Assembly: GCA_951406725.2 (NCBI GenBank) | Contig: OX597825.1 | Location: 15,024,001 to 15,148,000 of the forward strand | DNA: 124,000 nucleotides | Source: Octopus vulgaris | Taxonomy: Eukaryota | Reading direction: 5' to 3' | Part shown: positions 55,506 through 69,965 of the stretch, piece after piece | Position numbering within the stretch: the stretch's first letter is position 1 | Layout: the number at the start of each line of letters is the position of its first letter | Translations under genes and position numbers: made by a program | Notes under the pieces: model-generated | The model's input: only the letters and a program-made list of their open reading frames with translations | Databases searched by the model: none | What the model was told of the DNA's origin: nothing

Positions 55506-55588
<83 letters not shown>

Positions 55589-55589
55589 C

Positions 55590-55740
55590 GACGGGATTCT
55601 TTCCGTTTCCGTCTAACAAATCAACTAACAAAGCTTTGGTCGCCTCGAGGATATACCACTAGACACTTGCTGAAATTTCTACTCAGTGGGACTGAGGTCT
55701 TAGCCATGTGCTTCTTACCACACAGCCATTCCTACACCTG
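55590..55740 (-). mobile_element. SINE family C, 5' half
   Basis: ttccgtttccgtcta.caaatc.act.acaa.gc...accacacagccattcct.cacct. Confidence 0.75.
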
Positions 55741-56398
55741 ATATGTATATATATATATATATATATTGAAGCAATTATTTACAAAGCTTTCTAAACAAAA
55801 CCACAATCGCACACACAAATAAACAACAACACAAACGTACACACATACAGTGAGAAAGTCGGAGATATAAGCAAAAGAACGCAACATTTTAAAACTTCCA
55901 ATAATTATAGAAAACGGTCTAAAGCAAGAAAAACTATATTCTTGGTGAAATTATTAAATCAATGAATGAAAATGAACATCCCAAAATGGAAGACAGAAGA
56001 AAAATATTATTTGCTGCTAAAAGCGTACAGATGGATATATTTTATACATTATTAAAATAGCAATTTCACAAAACAATTGAAAATCTTTTTCAACAAATCT
56101 ATTTCCAAATTTATGAACTAACCTCACCACAGAATACTATCATTTGAAGTTGTGATATATGTGTGTATGTATGAAAGTATGTACACATGTGTACGTATAT
56201 ATATATATCAATCACCATGATAGATCGGTAGCCACTACACACATTTCTATTCTCTCCTTGTTTCTTTCTGTGTTCCGTTCTGTGGACGAGCGTAGGCTCG
56301 AAACGTTAATGACCTTTGCAATTCCCGAGCGTTATACAAATACATCTGTTTGTTTTCTACACCAACTGTCTGCGTCGTTTAATTTTTTCGTGGATTCT

Positions 56399-56460
<62 letters not shown>

Positions 56461-56522
56461 ATATGTATATATATACACAGTTATAGAGGGACACATATAT
56501 ACATACATAGATACACATAGGT

Positions 56523-56572
<50 letters not shown>

Positions 56573-57024
56573 ATCAATATAAGGGTAACCGCTGGTGGCA
56601 GAACATTTTTCTTGAATTTTTCGTTACCCTTATATTGATTGATTAGTGAATTTTTGACTAATTCTGAAATTTGTATCAGCAGCTTATATTTACTGCGGAG
56701 TAGATGGCGCGATTACGGTGAATTCGAAAATTTACGATATATAGACCCGAGGCTTAGATGGTGTAGCCTCGTGTATATATATCTGCCTCCTATTTTGGTG
56801 ACTTTGCTGACGAGACAAGCCAAGCGTAAACGGATTTAATTTAATTTAATTAAATTTGATTGCGTGAAGATGTTGAAACATTGCAGGGTACAAAGTTTGA
56901 AGGGGATGAATGTTTTTTATTTTCCTCTAGTTTCAGAATTACTACTATTTTTTGCGGTTTTGAGTTTAGCTGCTCTTTTCAAGTGAGTCGAACGACCTTC
57001 TCAGGGTCATTCCTTAATATTTTG

Positions 57025-57066
<42 letters not shown>

Positions 57067-57304
57067 GTAAATGTAATATGTGACAATTATTCGGTAGCCA
57101 TGATAAAACTCCGCGTTTCGGATGCTGAGGTGGAAATCCACGCCACCGTCTCTTCAGTTATCCGGCCATCGGAAAAACGCTATGAAAAATGACCGTTATA
57201 CAAAGGGAAATTACTGTGCGAATCACCGTTATTAAGAAAAAGAGCTATTCGAATGACCGCTAAGTGAGAGAGTAAAGTGAGGGGGTAAAAAGTTCATAGT
57301 ATTC

Positions 57305-58330
57305 GAAAGGATGAAAGGCAAAGTCGACCTCGGCAGAATTTGGACTCGGAACGTAGCGACAAACGAAATACCTATTTCTTTATTACCCACAAGGGGCTAA
57401 ACATAGAGTGGACAAACAAGGACAGGCGTAGGCATTAATTCGATTACATCGACCACAGTACGTAACTGGTACTAATTTATCGACCCCCGAAAGGATAAAA
57501 GGCAAAGTCGACCTCCGCGCAATTTGAACTCAGACCGTAACGACAGACGAAACACCTATTTCATTATTAACCATAAGGGGCTAAACACAGAGGGGACAAA
57601 CAAGGACAGACATAGGTATTAAGTCGATTACATCGAGCCCAGGGCGTAACTGGTACTTAATTTATCGACCCCGAAAGGATGAAAGGCAAAGTCGACCTCG
57701 GCGGAATTTGAACTCACAACGTAACGACGGACAAAATACTTATTTCTTTATTACCCACAAGGGGCTAAACATAGAGGGGACAAACATGGACAGACATAGG
57801 TATTAAGTCGATTATATTGACCCCAGTGCGTAACTGGTACTTAATTTATCGACCCCGAAAGGATGAAAGGCAAAGTCGACCTCGGCGGAATTTGAACTCA
57901 CAACGTAACGACGGACGAAATACCTATTTCTTTATTACCCAAAAGGGGCTAAACATAGAGGGGACAAACATGGACAGACATAGGTATTAAGTCCATTATA
58001 TCGACCCCAGTGCGTAACTGGTACTTAATTTATCGACCCCGAAAGGATGAAAGGCAAAGTCGACCTCGGCGGAATTTGAACTCAGAACGTAGTAGCAGAC
58101 GAAATACCTATTTCTTTACTACCCAGAAGGGGCTAAACACAGAGAGGACAGACACACGGATTAAATCGAATATACGACCCCAGTGCGTAACTGGCACTTA
58201 TTTAATCGACCCCGAAAAGATGAAAGGCAAAGTCGACCTCGGCGGAGTTTGAACTCACAACTTAACGACAGACGAAATACCGCTAAGCATTTTTCCTGCC
58301 GCGCTAACGTTTCTACCAGCTCGCCGCCTT
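57305..58330 (-). mobile_element. SINE family B concatemer (1 head, 5 complete ~183-bp bodies, 1 partial)
   Basis: aaaggcaaagtcgacc occurs six times at a ~183-bp period; units join tail-to-body at aaagaaatag|gtatttcgtc. Confidence 0.95.
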
Positions 58331-58807
58331 CTGTGAGCATATGGTGTCTGCGCAAATATTTGCCCCCAGCAAACTAATAGAACATTGTGTCACGCGTTCA
58401 CGCATGCGATGAATAAATTTAATTTATACATCAATGTTTCAATTTTGTCTTCGTGTATTGTTTTGCAACAGTAGTTACTTAAATTACGCTTTATTTTTTA
58501 CGAGCATTTCTACAGAAAGTGAAAATTATTAGCAGCAAACAATGATAAAATTGCTTTACAATGTGATGATAATTGACACGAACCGAAATGTTATCATGGC
58601 TGTTTCTCAGATAACAATATTTAATATCTATGGACATTTATTAAAGTAAACATCTGCCGTATCCTATACATAATTCATTGAAACCAATTCATTTCCCAGA
58701 CGACACTTCGATAGACAAGTAAAAGCGTCATAAAATTACTTTCCTATGATGATATACACATACACACACACACGTATATATACTTTTTATAAATATATGT
58801 GTGCGTG

Positions 58808-58898
<91 letters not shown>

Positions 58899-59867
58899 TA
58901 GCTATGTACCTGTGAGTGTGTGTATAATATTTGAGGCAGAAAATATACTACTGTATAATTATTTAATTTATTTCTCGGGTAGGCATCTTCGGCATCACAA
59001 TTTAGATTTCCTTATCGATATAAGATTTATTTAAATGATATATACAATTAAATGGACTTCAAACTGTTCCATCTGGTGCGTGGCCATTATCGCCTTTGTA
59101 TCCCACGCAAATCTCATGAAAACTAAAACTGAAATTAATTATGATTTAGGATTTTAAAATTGTCTTCCTTAACTTGTAAAAATAATACTTTATCTAAAAT
59201 GTCACAGCATAAAGGAAATACGTATTGGTAAAACAATATATTTCGAATCACTGTTAATGTAAAGGTATTATCGTTTGTGAAAGGAAATCGTATAATGGGG
59301 GATAAATCAAACTTCCATGATAGGAGCTTAAAACTCCACAAGCACTACGACTGGAAACGCTAACATGTCCTTATTAGACTATAAAATGTGTATAACTTTA
59401 TTCTGAGTATGGCAATTGACAGCGAGTTAGAAACTTGTTAATAGCAGAAAACTTATATGATGATTTCTATATAGCGAAAAGATATTTCTGCAAATTGAGA
59501 ATTTAAAATTTTATTTCCGATTGTGGGGCAAGGCCAGCAAATTTGAGAGGTGTGCCACTCGATTACAATGCCACCTGTGTTGAAGTTGTATTTATTTTGT
59601 CGTCCCACAGAAGAATTTAAAAAAAGAGGACTTCGACGGAATTTGAACATCGAAAGGGAAGATTCGGAAAAACTCTTCTCGGCATTTTACGCAACGCGCC
59701 TCTGAATGTTTGCATGTAACTACCATATTACAATGCTCTAATTTCCGCTAATCAGACACGAAGATCTGTAAAATAATCAGAAGAGTACCTAATATATCGT
59801 TTAGATATATATAGAAAGGTGACAACTTCTGAAAGAATTATTTCTGTTATATTACGTTAACATTATG

Positions 59868-60165
59868 GCGGCACATGGCCTAGTGGTTAGAGCAGCGGAT
59901 TGCAGTCGAGGGATGGCGGGTTCGAATCTCAGACCGGGCGATATGTGTGTTTATGAGTGAAACACCTAACCTCCACGCGGCTCCGGCAGAAGGTAATGGC
60001 GAACTTCTGCTGACTCTTTCGCCACAACTTTCTTTCACTCTTTCCTCCTGAATCTTGCAGCTCACCTGCGACGGACCGGCGTCGCGTCCAGGTGGGGAAC
60101 CTATACGCCAAGGAAACCGGCAAACCGGCCATTATAAGCCAGAAGTGGCTCGAGAAGGAACAACA
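59868..60165 (+). mobile_element. SINE family D-related (D2 tail)
   Basis: ggcggcacatggcctagtggttagagcagcgg...gttcgaatctcagaccgggcg. Confidence 0.85.
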
Positions 60166-60763
60166 GAAAATGTTCCTTCTAAAGAATAAACAACAACGTT
60201 AAGACTATTTACATCAAGCACAAATATTTCAAAACTTGATTGTAAAAAAAGGCAAAAAAAAACATTGTGTTAAAAACGCATTTCAGAGATGGAACACATT
60301 CCACTATCAATTCAATTCACAAGGTATAAATTTCAAAAACATTTATATGCTTCGCTCTTGTATAGAAGCCTATTTATTCTCAAATAATGACCAACGCAAT
60401 AAATCAAAGCAGTACATATCCTCAGACATGCCCCTGTTCTCAAGAATTTACGATGCGAGTTTTCTCTCATTCAAGCCTATTTTCACTGAAATATGATTGA
60501 GATGCAATTTCTGAGCTAATAAGCGATGCTTTAGGTTTTAGGTTTGATGTATGGATGTATGTATATATATATGGATTTTGCCACGATAGATCGTTAGCCA
60601 CTACACACATTTTTTTCTCTCCTTGTTTTTTTCTGTGTCCCGTTATGTAGAAGAGCGTAGGCTCGAAACGTAAAATACTTTTTCTATTCCTGAGCATTAT
60701 ACTAATATATGTGTTTGTTTTCTACGCCACCTGTCTTCGTATTTTGTATTTTTCGTAAACTCT

Positions 60764-60807
<44 letters not shown>

Positions 60808-60929
60808 CCATATATATACATACATAGATATATATGTATGTATGTATGTATTTATGTATGTATGTATGTATGTATGTATGTATGTATGTATGTATGTATG
60901 TATGTATATACGTATGTATGTATTTGTGT

Positions 60930-61090
60930 GTCAGTGTTTACGTCTCCGTAACATAGTGGTTCGGCAAATGAGACCGATAGAGTAAGAACTAAGCTTACAA
61001 AGAATAAGTCCTGGGGTCGATTTCTTCGACTAAAGGCAGAGCTTCAGTATGGCCATAATGAAATGACTGAAACAAGTAAAAGAATAAACG
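60930..61090 (+). mobile_element. SINE family C, 3' half
   Basis: gtgtttacgtc.ccgtaac.tag.ggttcggcaaa...gactgaaacaagtaaaaga. Confidence 0.85.
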
Positions 61091-64039
61091 AATGTATATT
61101 CGATTACCGAAGGGTGCGCCTGTTCGTCTATAACTACTCAAATGATGCATACACAAGCCGCTATACGGGCAAGATTACCGATGGCTCTATTCGTTCTCTC
61201 TGCCTCTTTCTCTGTTTTTCTCTTTCTTCCATATCAAATTACTGCTCGCCTTACATTTGTCTGATAATTTCAATTATAAACTTCAACTTCTTCACTTCTA
61301 AAATATAATTTTTTTATCTATTCAGCAATCACACACAAACACACACACTTTTGCTCACATACATACGCGTGTGCGTGCGTACAAAAACGTATGAGCAACG
61401 CATTATTCCAATGCGTACATTATAGAACATCAGTAGAAATAAAAATAATATTAATAACGTTTCGCAGAAGAAATATCTAAAATATTAGCACACTTTCTTA
61501 TTAGCAAGAAACTTTTTATCACATCTCAAATTTATTTTTTACCTTATATCATTTTAGATCTTCAGATTTTACCCTTTAGAGGATCACAGGTCCGGAAACT
61601 GCCAACAAACGTGTTATTTTAGTTTAACAAGAAAATATTTACTTTTAAATTTTCAAACGATTTTTAAAATTTTTATTATATTATTATTGTTTTTTTCAGT
61701 TAGCCACTTATTACTGTTGAGGGATTTAATGCGGTATGTTTTGTTGATGTTTATGAATTTATTTTACATCGGAAATGAATATTTTGTTTACACTTGGAAG
61801 CACTTCTTGTGTAGCCTACTGTAAATTTAAAATACCTCTACCAGATTTTCTTAAGTCGGATAATCAATTACATATACATGTACAAGAATACACAATCACA
61901 GAAGTTTGTGTGTGTGTGTGTATATATATATGCACACACACACACACACACACACACGCATATATATGTATATATTTATTTATTTGCAAGCATTGTAAGG
62001 TATTTTAATAGTAAGAGCAGCAAGGTAGAGTCAAGAACAACATACGGATGTATCAATAGCGCATATAGACATACATATTCTTAATAGTGTAAATACGATT
62101 TCCTCTTCTAGTTAGGCATACATCCACAAATATACACAAGGCGTACCCTAGCATGCAGCCCACAGTCAACTGTAGGTTCAGGATCGAACGTAAGATTCGG
62201 AGTGTGGTGTAGTATAAATAATAACACACATGGGCTGCGTTTCACTACAGCTGTTTCACACATCCATTTTAATTGATGAACGAATAATTTACATCTTTAA
62301 AAAAAAATCGTTTTCTTCAGCTGCATTAAATTTAGACTCCAAAATTTAATGTCACCAATAAAGTCACGATGAATTCATATACGTGTTCTCTTGCGCTTTA
62401 CCTTGGATTTATTTCGCTTTGTTCCTGCCTTACACTCCAATTATATATATATATACATAAACAAACAAATGCCGAAAGTGCGCAGATACTTCCACTTCAT
62501 ATATGTTGCAACCACGATAAAGAGAGTTTCAAAGACCACGATAAAAAGAGTTGCAAAGACGTCGAGCGCATAGATTGCGATGATATAAACATATTCATTT
62601 GAAAAATCCCGACACCTAGAAGAAACCGGTTATGTAATGCTAGCCAGAAAGAATATTTAATATTGTTACACTTGTTTCTGTCGCTTCAATTTCTCATTAA
62701 ATAATTGACATAATTCTCTTAACATTTTTTGTCTATTTTTATCCATTTTTGTTTATATAACACGACCTGTACAGAAATATTTAAATATTATACACTCTTT
62801 ACATACACATGCATACCTTACATACATTACGCGCATGCATGCACATACACACTCACAGGCGTATATATATATATGTTGTATGAATGTATATATATATACA
62901 CACACACAAGAGGAAGGAGGCAGAGGCAGAGAGACGGAAGCGGGGTCAAAAACACTGAGAGACTTTAACGCCGTATGATTTATTGGTTTTAGCCTCTGGA
63001 GATAACATACAGCTGGACCTGACCAACTTGAATAAATCTATGATCACAACATAATTTCATAAAGAGAATAAATCATGAACAATGGAGATTTGTCACTAAA
63101 TATGGAAAGATGATTGCATTCCACCACTTATAATTTATTTTCTCTAATATTTTGCCTGCCACAACTGATAAGATGGCAAGTAAGCTTGGAAACCGCTTTC
63201 TACTTTCATGGACGATCTTAACGTTTCTGACACTTATTACGGCCAGTTATTTATTATGAAAATCTATCACTACACAATTGAGATTGCTCATATTCGTATA
63301 GTAGTGTCATTTTATGAACCTAACTTTTACATGATATTACCAATCATTTTCTTGCTTCGAAGTCCACTGTCTTGAAAAATGAAAGATTTCGCCTTCTCTC
63401 GAAAGCTTCTAATTTCTTATGATATCAACAACATACAATTTTCGATGGTAAGAACAAAGATTCCAGAACATAGAGAGAAATCGTAATGATTGCTTTAGTC
63501 AGATAATAGGACACCTATCGTATTTACAGTAGATGTGGGGTCGTGTCCCAGGGATGGTTTCTGCCCAATAATGTTTTTGAACCCAATATGTACATGCTGT
63601 GAAGTTTAGCCTAGAGATTCACAGTTCCAAAAATAATTCTAAAGACTCCTGCTTTGTGTCAAACGGAAATGCAAACCGATATTCACGATATGCATCTAGG
63701 CAGTGTTGTGTTTAAATGCCACTCATAAATTCGTTGACCAACCTGAGGCTTCATCAAAACATATTAGCCAAAGGCTTTGCGTTGTGGAATCATGCTATAA
63801 AAATATTACTATTCAACTGCGAGATCAAACAGTTATGCCTTGTTTGCTTTGCATGTGAGTCAAGAAAATCAGCCTCAGAAGCAAGCCTGTGAAATGATAA
63901 AGCATTCGATATTAGAGGAAGTTATGAATACCATTTCTTACGTTGGAATGTTAACCGAGATACCATGACTTCATCCGTTAATTATCTCTGAAAGTACAAA
64001 ACAGTATCGTGTACAGAGAAGGACGATGAATAACTTTTA

Positions 64040-64380
64040 ATTAGGATTCTTAACTCGGCCAACTGTAATCCCATGGATTTACTTATGTGCGGGCAGCAGT
64101 TGAGAAAGACACCAACCGCTCTGGCTGCAACACCAGGGCAGAGTTGTTGACCATTTTCAAGGATGCGTTTTCTCAGGGACAAAGGGACATATACGCCAGG
64201 TTCCAGAGCCGGTTCGAGGGCGTGACAGAAGCTGAGAGCTGATATTTTCAATAAACTGCTATCTCAAAGCCATAATTTAGTTGATCATTTTTTAATGTTT
64301 AAAAAACCTTTCTTTTTAGACGGGATACTGTGCTTTGTTTCTCCTTTTTGCTCATTGAGAAATTTAGCCCAAACACGATG
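64040..64380 (+). mobile_element. Tc1/mariner (maT/DD37D-like) transposase C-terminus
   Basis: Frameshifted NSANCNPMD.YV.AAVEKDTNRSGCNT.AEL...RFQSRFEGVTEAE. Confidence 0.75.
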
Positions 64381-65819
64381 TCATAGATAGATAGCTGTGA
64401 ATAGAGTACATTAGACCCTACTACGAACATGAAATGTTCCTTTAAAATAATTTCAATGATCATTTCTGTTTTATCAACGGATTTATATAACGTTTGATGT
64501 CGATTTTGTCATGTATAATATATAACCTATCAAACTTTTCTACACACCGAACGTGTGGTTCTTACATTCGTACCCTTAATTACTAATGACTACATTACAC
64601 TTACAATAATTATTGTCTAGATTAATTTTTAAAACATATTTAAAATTTACGAATGTATAATATGATGTTGCCATTATTCTAGATGTGTTAAATCTATCAC
64701 TCCAGGAATATTTACATTGCTATATTTTGACCGTTTTGTTAAAATATGGAGCACTTACGTGAAAAATAATTGTATTTACACGTCACCAAACACAGCAGTA
64801 TATATAATATATGATGCTCATATGCACATACATACGTATTTCTATCTTACTGTCTGTCTTATGTATAGGTATAAATTTACGTATACATACATACATGCGA
64901 AAGAGAATGTCACCATTGAACGCACATATGAGTTTATATGTGACAACATATTCTTTTATGTATATCTTTATATCAATTATATTTATTGGCGTGCACTCTT
65001 GAAAGCAGATATACCATATGTACATAACAATAAAATTCAATTTTATCTCGACTTCAATTGATATTTTGTACTTGAAATTTCACACCGTTCACAAAAATAA
65101 AAATAAAAAAATTTTATTTGAAATACTTTGAATTTCGATAAGTATATTTCATATATAAATAAAGTGAAATGCACTTCTTTTATATTCAAATTGATCACGT
65201 TACCAACCGTCTCTCGGAAAAGTCTATTCTCTATGGAATACAGGGATTAAGAACATAATATACGGAATTGACCGCACTACGGGTATTTATAATTTCATGT
65301 GAGCTTACGAATAATGCAGTACTTAATGCTATTGTTGTTTATCAAATGATCAGACCTGACCTTTATTACGCTTGCTATAAAATTCTCTCTAGACAAGAAC
65401 ATTATATCAATACACGTGCACGCGCGTATATAGGGTGGCGGAGGGGAAAGTAGCCCGGGTTCTGCAGCAAAGTGTAAATACAGAGATAAATTTGCATATG
65501 CTGGAAAGGCCTTAGCTTCATAGATTTTGAAAATGGTTGCCTCTAGTATCACTACACAGCTGTTCATCTCAAAACATGTTTAGATACACTCGGTTTAAAA
65601 TAGTGGTATCAATTGCGCCGACAGCATGCGTGGTATCGTCCTTCATTCCTATATCATGTGCAAATAGTTCATTCGTAAACTGTTCTCTTCAAACGTTCTC
65701 AGAGGTATAAACTAAACGTTGAAAGGGAAGAAGGACGTGGTAGCCACGAAACTTTTTAATAACTGCGCTCCCCAAGAAAAAAACCCGATGGAACCGCTAC
65801 ATAGAAACAAGAGAAATTT

Positions 65820-66150
65820 AACAAACCGCTTTGTTCTTTTGCAAGAAATACACTTGTCTTTCATCTTCAGTGATGTGAGCACAAAATTGGTCTAAAATGT
65901 TCTTGCAGACCTCCTTGTTTAGAATTCTCTCAGGATATATCACTCCCATAATGCCTTTCCCTGAAACAGTTCACCGAACATGTATGTGTTTTTTTTTTTC
66001 TTGGAGTGGCTGCTCATACATAAGTTGAGTATTCTCCTCCGCCCAATGCCGTTTGTTTTACGAATTTATGTGGCCAGGATAATAAAACCATGCCTCACCA
66101 AACATTATATACTGGAATCGGTATAATCCACCATTAGCCATGCTATTAAG
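65820..66150 (-). mobile_element. maT/DD37D-like transposase fragment
   Basis: MFGEAWFYYPGHINS.NKRHW resembles the SDEAWF.L.G.VNSQN.R.W motif. Confidence 0.6.
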
Positions 66151-66296
66151 AAGACGTGTGAAATAATTCACTCGTTATATATATTTTTAGGCAGAATGGT
66201 ATACATATAAGATTCCAATACCTTATGAGTAAAATCTAATATATATATATATTCATATATGTACATTATTACGTCCGTATATATAAATATATACTG

Positions 66297-66455
66297 ACTC
66301 TTTCACCACAACTTTCACTCACTTTTTCTTCCTGCATCTTGCAGCTCCCCTGCGATGGACCGACGTCCCGTCTAGGTGGGGAACCTGTACGCCAAGGAAA
66401 CGGAGAAACCGGCCCTTATGAACCAGTCGTTGCTCAAGAAGGAACAAACAACTGT
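66297..66455 (+). mobile_element. SINE D2 3' fragment
   Basis: ctttcaccacaactttc...ggtggggaacctgtacgccaaggaaac. Confidence 0.8.
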
Positions 66456-67595
66456 TCCTTCGAAAGGATGAACAACAAAAATATAGATCTAGATCTCAGG
66501 TACTTATTTTATTGACCACAGGACAGTATGGCGTACATATATCGGCGGGCCTTGAAATTAGATACTGAAGGGACATAAATCAATACTGAATGTAATGGTT
66601 TTCAACGCTTAAACGATTCTGCCACTTCGTTTGACAATGTCGTTTATACTTACGTTCTATTCACTTCCTAAACCTATATTTGTATAAAAATATGCTTATT
66701 TTTTCATGCATTATTCAATATTATCTATTTTAATTCATAAGCAGAAATTCAGACTATATTTCGTTTGATATTCTCAGATATAACAGATAAGAATTAGATT
66801 TTCGAGACAGATGTGGGTTATTCATATCGACCCATGGTAAAATAAATTAACATTTTAGACGTGAATAATACATATAATACCAAAAGCTGCCTTATGGATT
66901 TTTCACACCAGCCTCTGTGTATTAAAATGTAAAATTATATCTACATTCCTGTCAAATCAACTAACAAATATATTAGATACGTATCTATCCGCATACATAA
67001 CTGTCCTATTTATTGCAAGATGGAACGCGTCCAGAACGTTATCGAAGTCAGCGACTAATGGAGTAAATAATGCGAACATTGAAAATATTTAACATAGATG
67101 TTTCCCGGTAGGCTGGTCATGCATCAGATTGTCCGCTCTCTTGGAACAAATTTCTCGTTGGACGTTTCAAGTAACCGGAAAGAAGTTAACTGAAATTCAA
67201 GTTGATGGAAAGAAAACTGAACAGATGGAAAGAAACGAAAGAAGACTGCTAGATCTCGTTGCGCTTCGATTGTTATAACCTTGTTTTCGGCTTACTTCGG
67301 GTAAAAATAGGCATATAAAAATATCTCTGATCACAGATATAGTCAATGGCTACAACTTCACAAACCCGAGAATTACAAATGATTATGATTCGTATTATAT
67401 CTCGACTTATTCATGTTATATTACTGTTTCGTTTCCTGCATTCTAGATGACATGTTAATAGTCAGGAATAACACAGTTTTAGAATGGTTATTACAGTAAG
67501 AAATAAAATGTATTCTTAGGATATAAAGTACATGGCTTACCATATGGAATGTCTAAATTTGTTTCACCACACATAGATATTTAGGTATATATATA

Positions 67596-68001
67596 CTCTT
67601 TACTCTCTTTTACTTGTTTCAGTCATTTGACTGCGGCCATGCTGGAGCATCGCCTTTAGTCGAACAAATCGACCCCGGGACTTATTCTTTGTAAGCCCAG
67701 TACTTATTCTATCGGTCTCTTTTGCCGAACCGCTAAGTTACGGGGACATAAACACACCAGCATCGGTTGTCAAGCAATGCTAAAGGGACAAACACAGACA
67801 CACAAACACACACACATTCATATATATATATACATATATACGACAGGCTTCTTTCAGTTTCCGTCTACCAAATCCACTCACAAGGCACTGGTCGGCCCGT
67901 GGCTATAGCAGAAGACACTTGCCCAAGATGCCACGCAGTGGGACTGAATCCGGAACCATGTGGTTGGTTAGCAAGCTACTTAACACACAGCCACTCCTGC
68001 G

Positions 68002-68004
<3 letters not shown>
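67596..68004 (-). mobile_element. SINE family C, full length, with internal (TA)/(CA) microsatellite
   Basis: Collinear with the copies at 83724 and 97321. Confidence 0.92.
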
Positions 68005-68051
<47 letters not shown>

Positions 68052-68969
68052 CGCACATAGTTACCTTCCACTGAGACACACTTAAAGATACAGATATACA
68101 TCCATTCATACTCGTGTGTGTACATGTGCGTATGTGTGTTTGTCTGTGTGTGAATGTGCGTGTGTGAGTGTGTCTGTGTATTTGTGAGAATGCATCGGGT
68201 ATATAATTTTAAGAAGTGTTTGTGTAAGTTCTTGTGGATAGAAATGAAGCTTTGTAGTTTTGTGGAATGAAACAAGTGTAATAAAACTGTTAGACGTTTC
68301 TTAAAGAGGAATTCAAAACCAAAAATTTTTGCCATTATTAATATATGGCATATTCGCCTGCCATTAGTGTACAAGTTATACGCATGATGTTTGTTACATT
68401 TTATGGCATGCTCATTGACTACAAAATTTACACTTAGTAAGGAACGTTATGTTTAAAGGGTTGAAAAAAAATCAGCTATGAAGGTAGCCATGTATCTTGA
68501 GGGGACGTGTAATGCGATACATAATAGCGATTGGTTGAATAACGAGAGAACCAAAACGAATTCTACGTGAATCACTCAAGTGACAGTAAGTTTGGAAGAT
68601 GAGAGATCATATGAAGTACCTCTCAGTGTTAATTTGACTTGAAAAATTGAGCTTCTCGTAAAGAAATATCGCAAAGTTTCCAGAGACTGCTCGTCGTGTA
68701 GCATGCTTCCTAATAACTCTATCCCATGTCTTACTGTGTAAGTTTCCCAGTTATATATATATTCGAGATAAAGTAATAAAGTGAATGCATATTGATAAAA
68801 TACACACACATATATATATGCGGTATCCATAAATGAAACTGAAGGAGATTTTTGAATAGACAGACAAACACATAAAATGTTATTAGGAAACAAAACCACT
68901 CCGACTTGGGCTCCCTTAGTTGCACGTTATGCATCTAGATGGTGTTCATGTATATATTAATAGTAATAG

Positions 68970-69004
<35 letters not shown>

Positions 69005-69014
<10 letters not shown>

Positions 69015-69355
69015 AAAAAAGGTTTGAAAATGCAATTTAAACGATGTTTATTTACTTAACCGGGTTCACTCTTTGGTAAAAGATTGTCAAAAGTAACATT
69101 AAAAGTAACATTGAATAATATGGGTTCAAAAAAGTTTTTTACATAATTGTCACATTGGATATTATGAATTCAAAAATGTTTTTTTATACAAAATTGTCAC
69201 ATTACATGTATAAATATACATAAATATACAATTTTGAACCCATATTATCCAATGTTATTTTTAATGTTACTTTTGACAATCTTTTCCAAAGAGTGAAACC
69301 GGTTAAGTAAATAAACATCGTTTAAATTGCATTTTCAAACCTTTTTCCTTATATA
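69005..69355. repeat. inverted repeat, ~125-bp arms with ~100-bp spacer, containing a degenerate hammerhead-like motif
   Basis: 69005-69130 is the reverse complement of 69233-69355; ttactt..gaaaccggttaagtaa. Confidence 0.85.
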
Positions 69356-69385
69356 ATCCCAATCGTGCGATACCCCACAACTCAA

Positions 69386-69435
<50 letters not shown>

Positions 69436-69488
69436 ATGGTCCCATCTGTCATTGTAAAGAGAACTTATAAACACTTTACATGGGTGTG

Positions 69489-69532
<44 letters not shown>

Positions 69533-69556
69533 TATATATATACACATGCGCACACT

Positions 69557-69627
<71 letters not shown>

Positions 69628-69887
69628 TGAGGGAGATAAATTAATATTAATTTTAATATCAATTTAAAACCAGTAGTTCAGCATTCAAAAAATCTGAGGA
69701 GTCAGAGAAAATTCAAATATATGTGTATATTGGCAGAGGCTGGCCTGCTAGGTAGCCGGCCATAATGCTAGAAGAAGATCATCAACGATCAAACTACAAG
69801 GGAAATTCTCTAGAGGAAGAATTCAGCGAACACCAGAACCAACTTTGGCGGGCAGGACATATGAAAAATTATATAAATAACAGACTT

Positions 69888-69965
69888 AAATGCATACCTC
69901 GGTTTCGGTCTTAACAAAAGAATTACTTGCATAATTCCAGTGTCCGTGACTTCATCAGTACATTC
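69888..69965 (-). ncRNA. type-I minimal hammerhead ribozyme motif (unit 1)
   Basis: GAAUGUA-CUGAUGA-AGUC...GACC-GAAA-C-CGAG-GUA-UGCAUUU: 7-bp helix I; helix II capped by GAAUUAU-GCAA-GUAAUUC; GUA cleavage triplet; A.C mismatch at the 10.1/11.1 pair. Confidence 0.7.

Noticed and set aside
57305-58330. Regularly spaced repeats suggesting a CRISPR array
   Set aside because: The whole ~183-bp unit repeats with no unique spacers; it is a SINE body, in eukaryotic context, with no cas genes.
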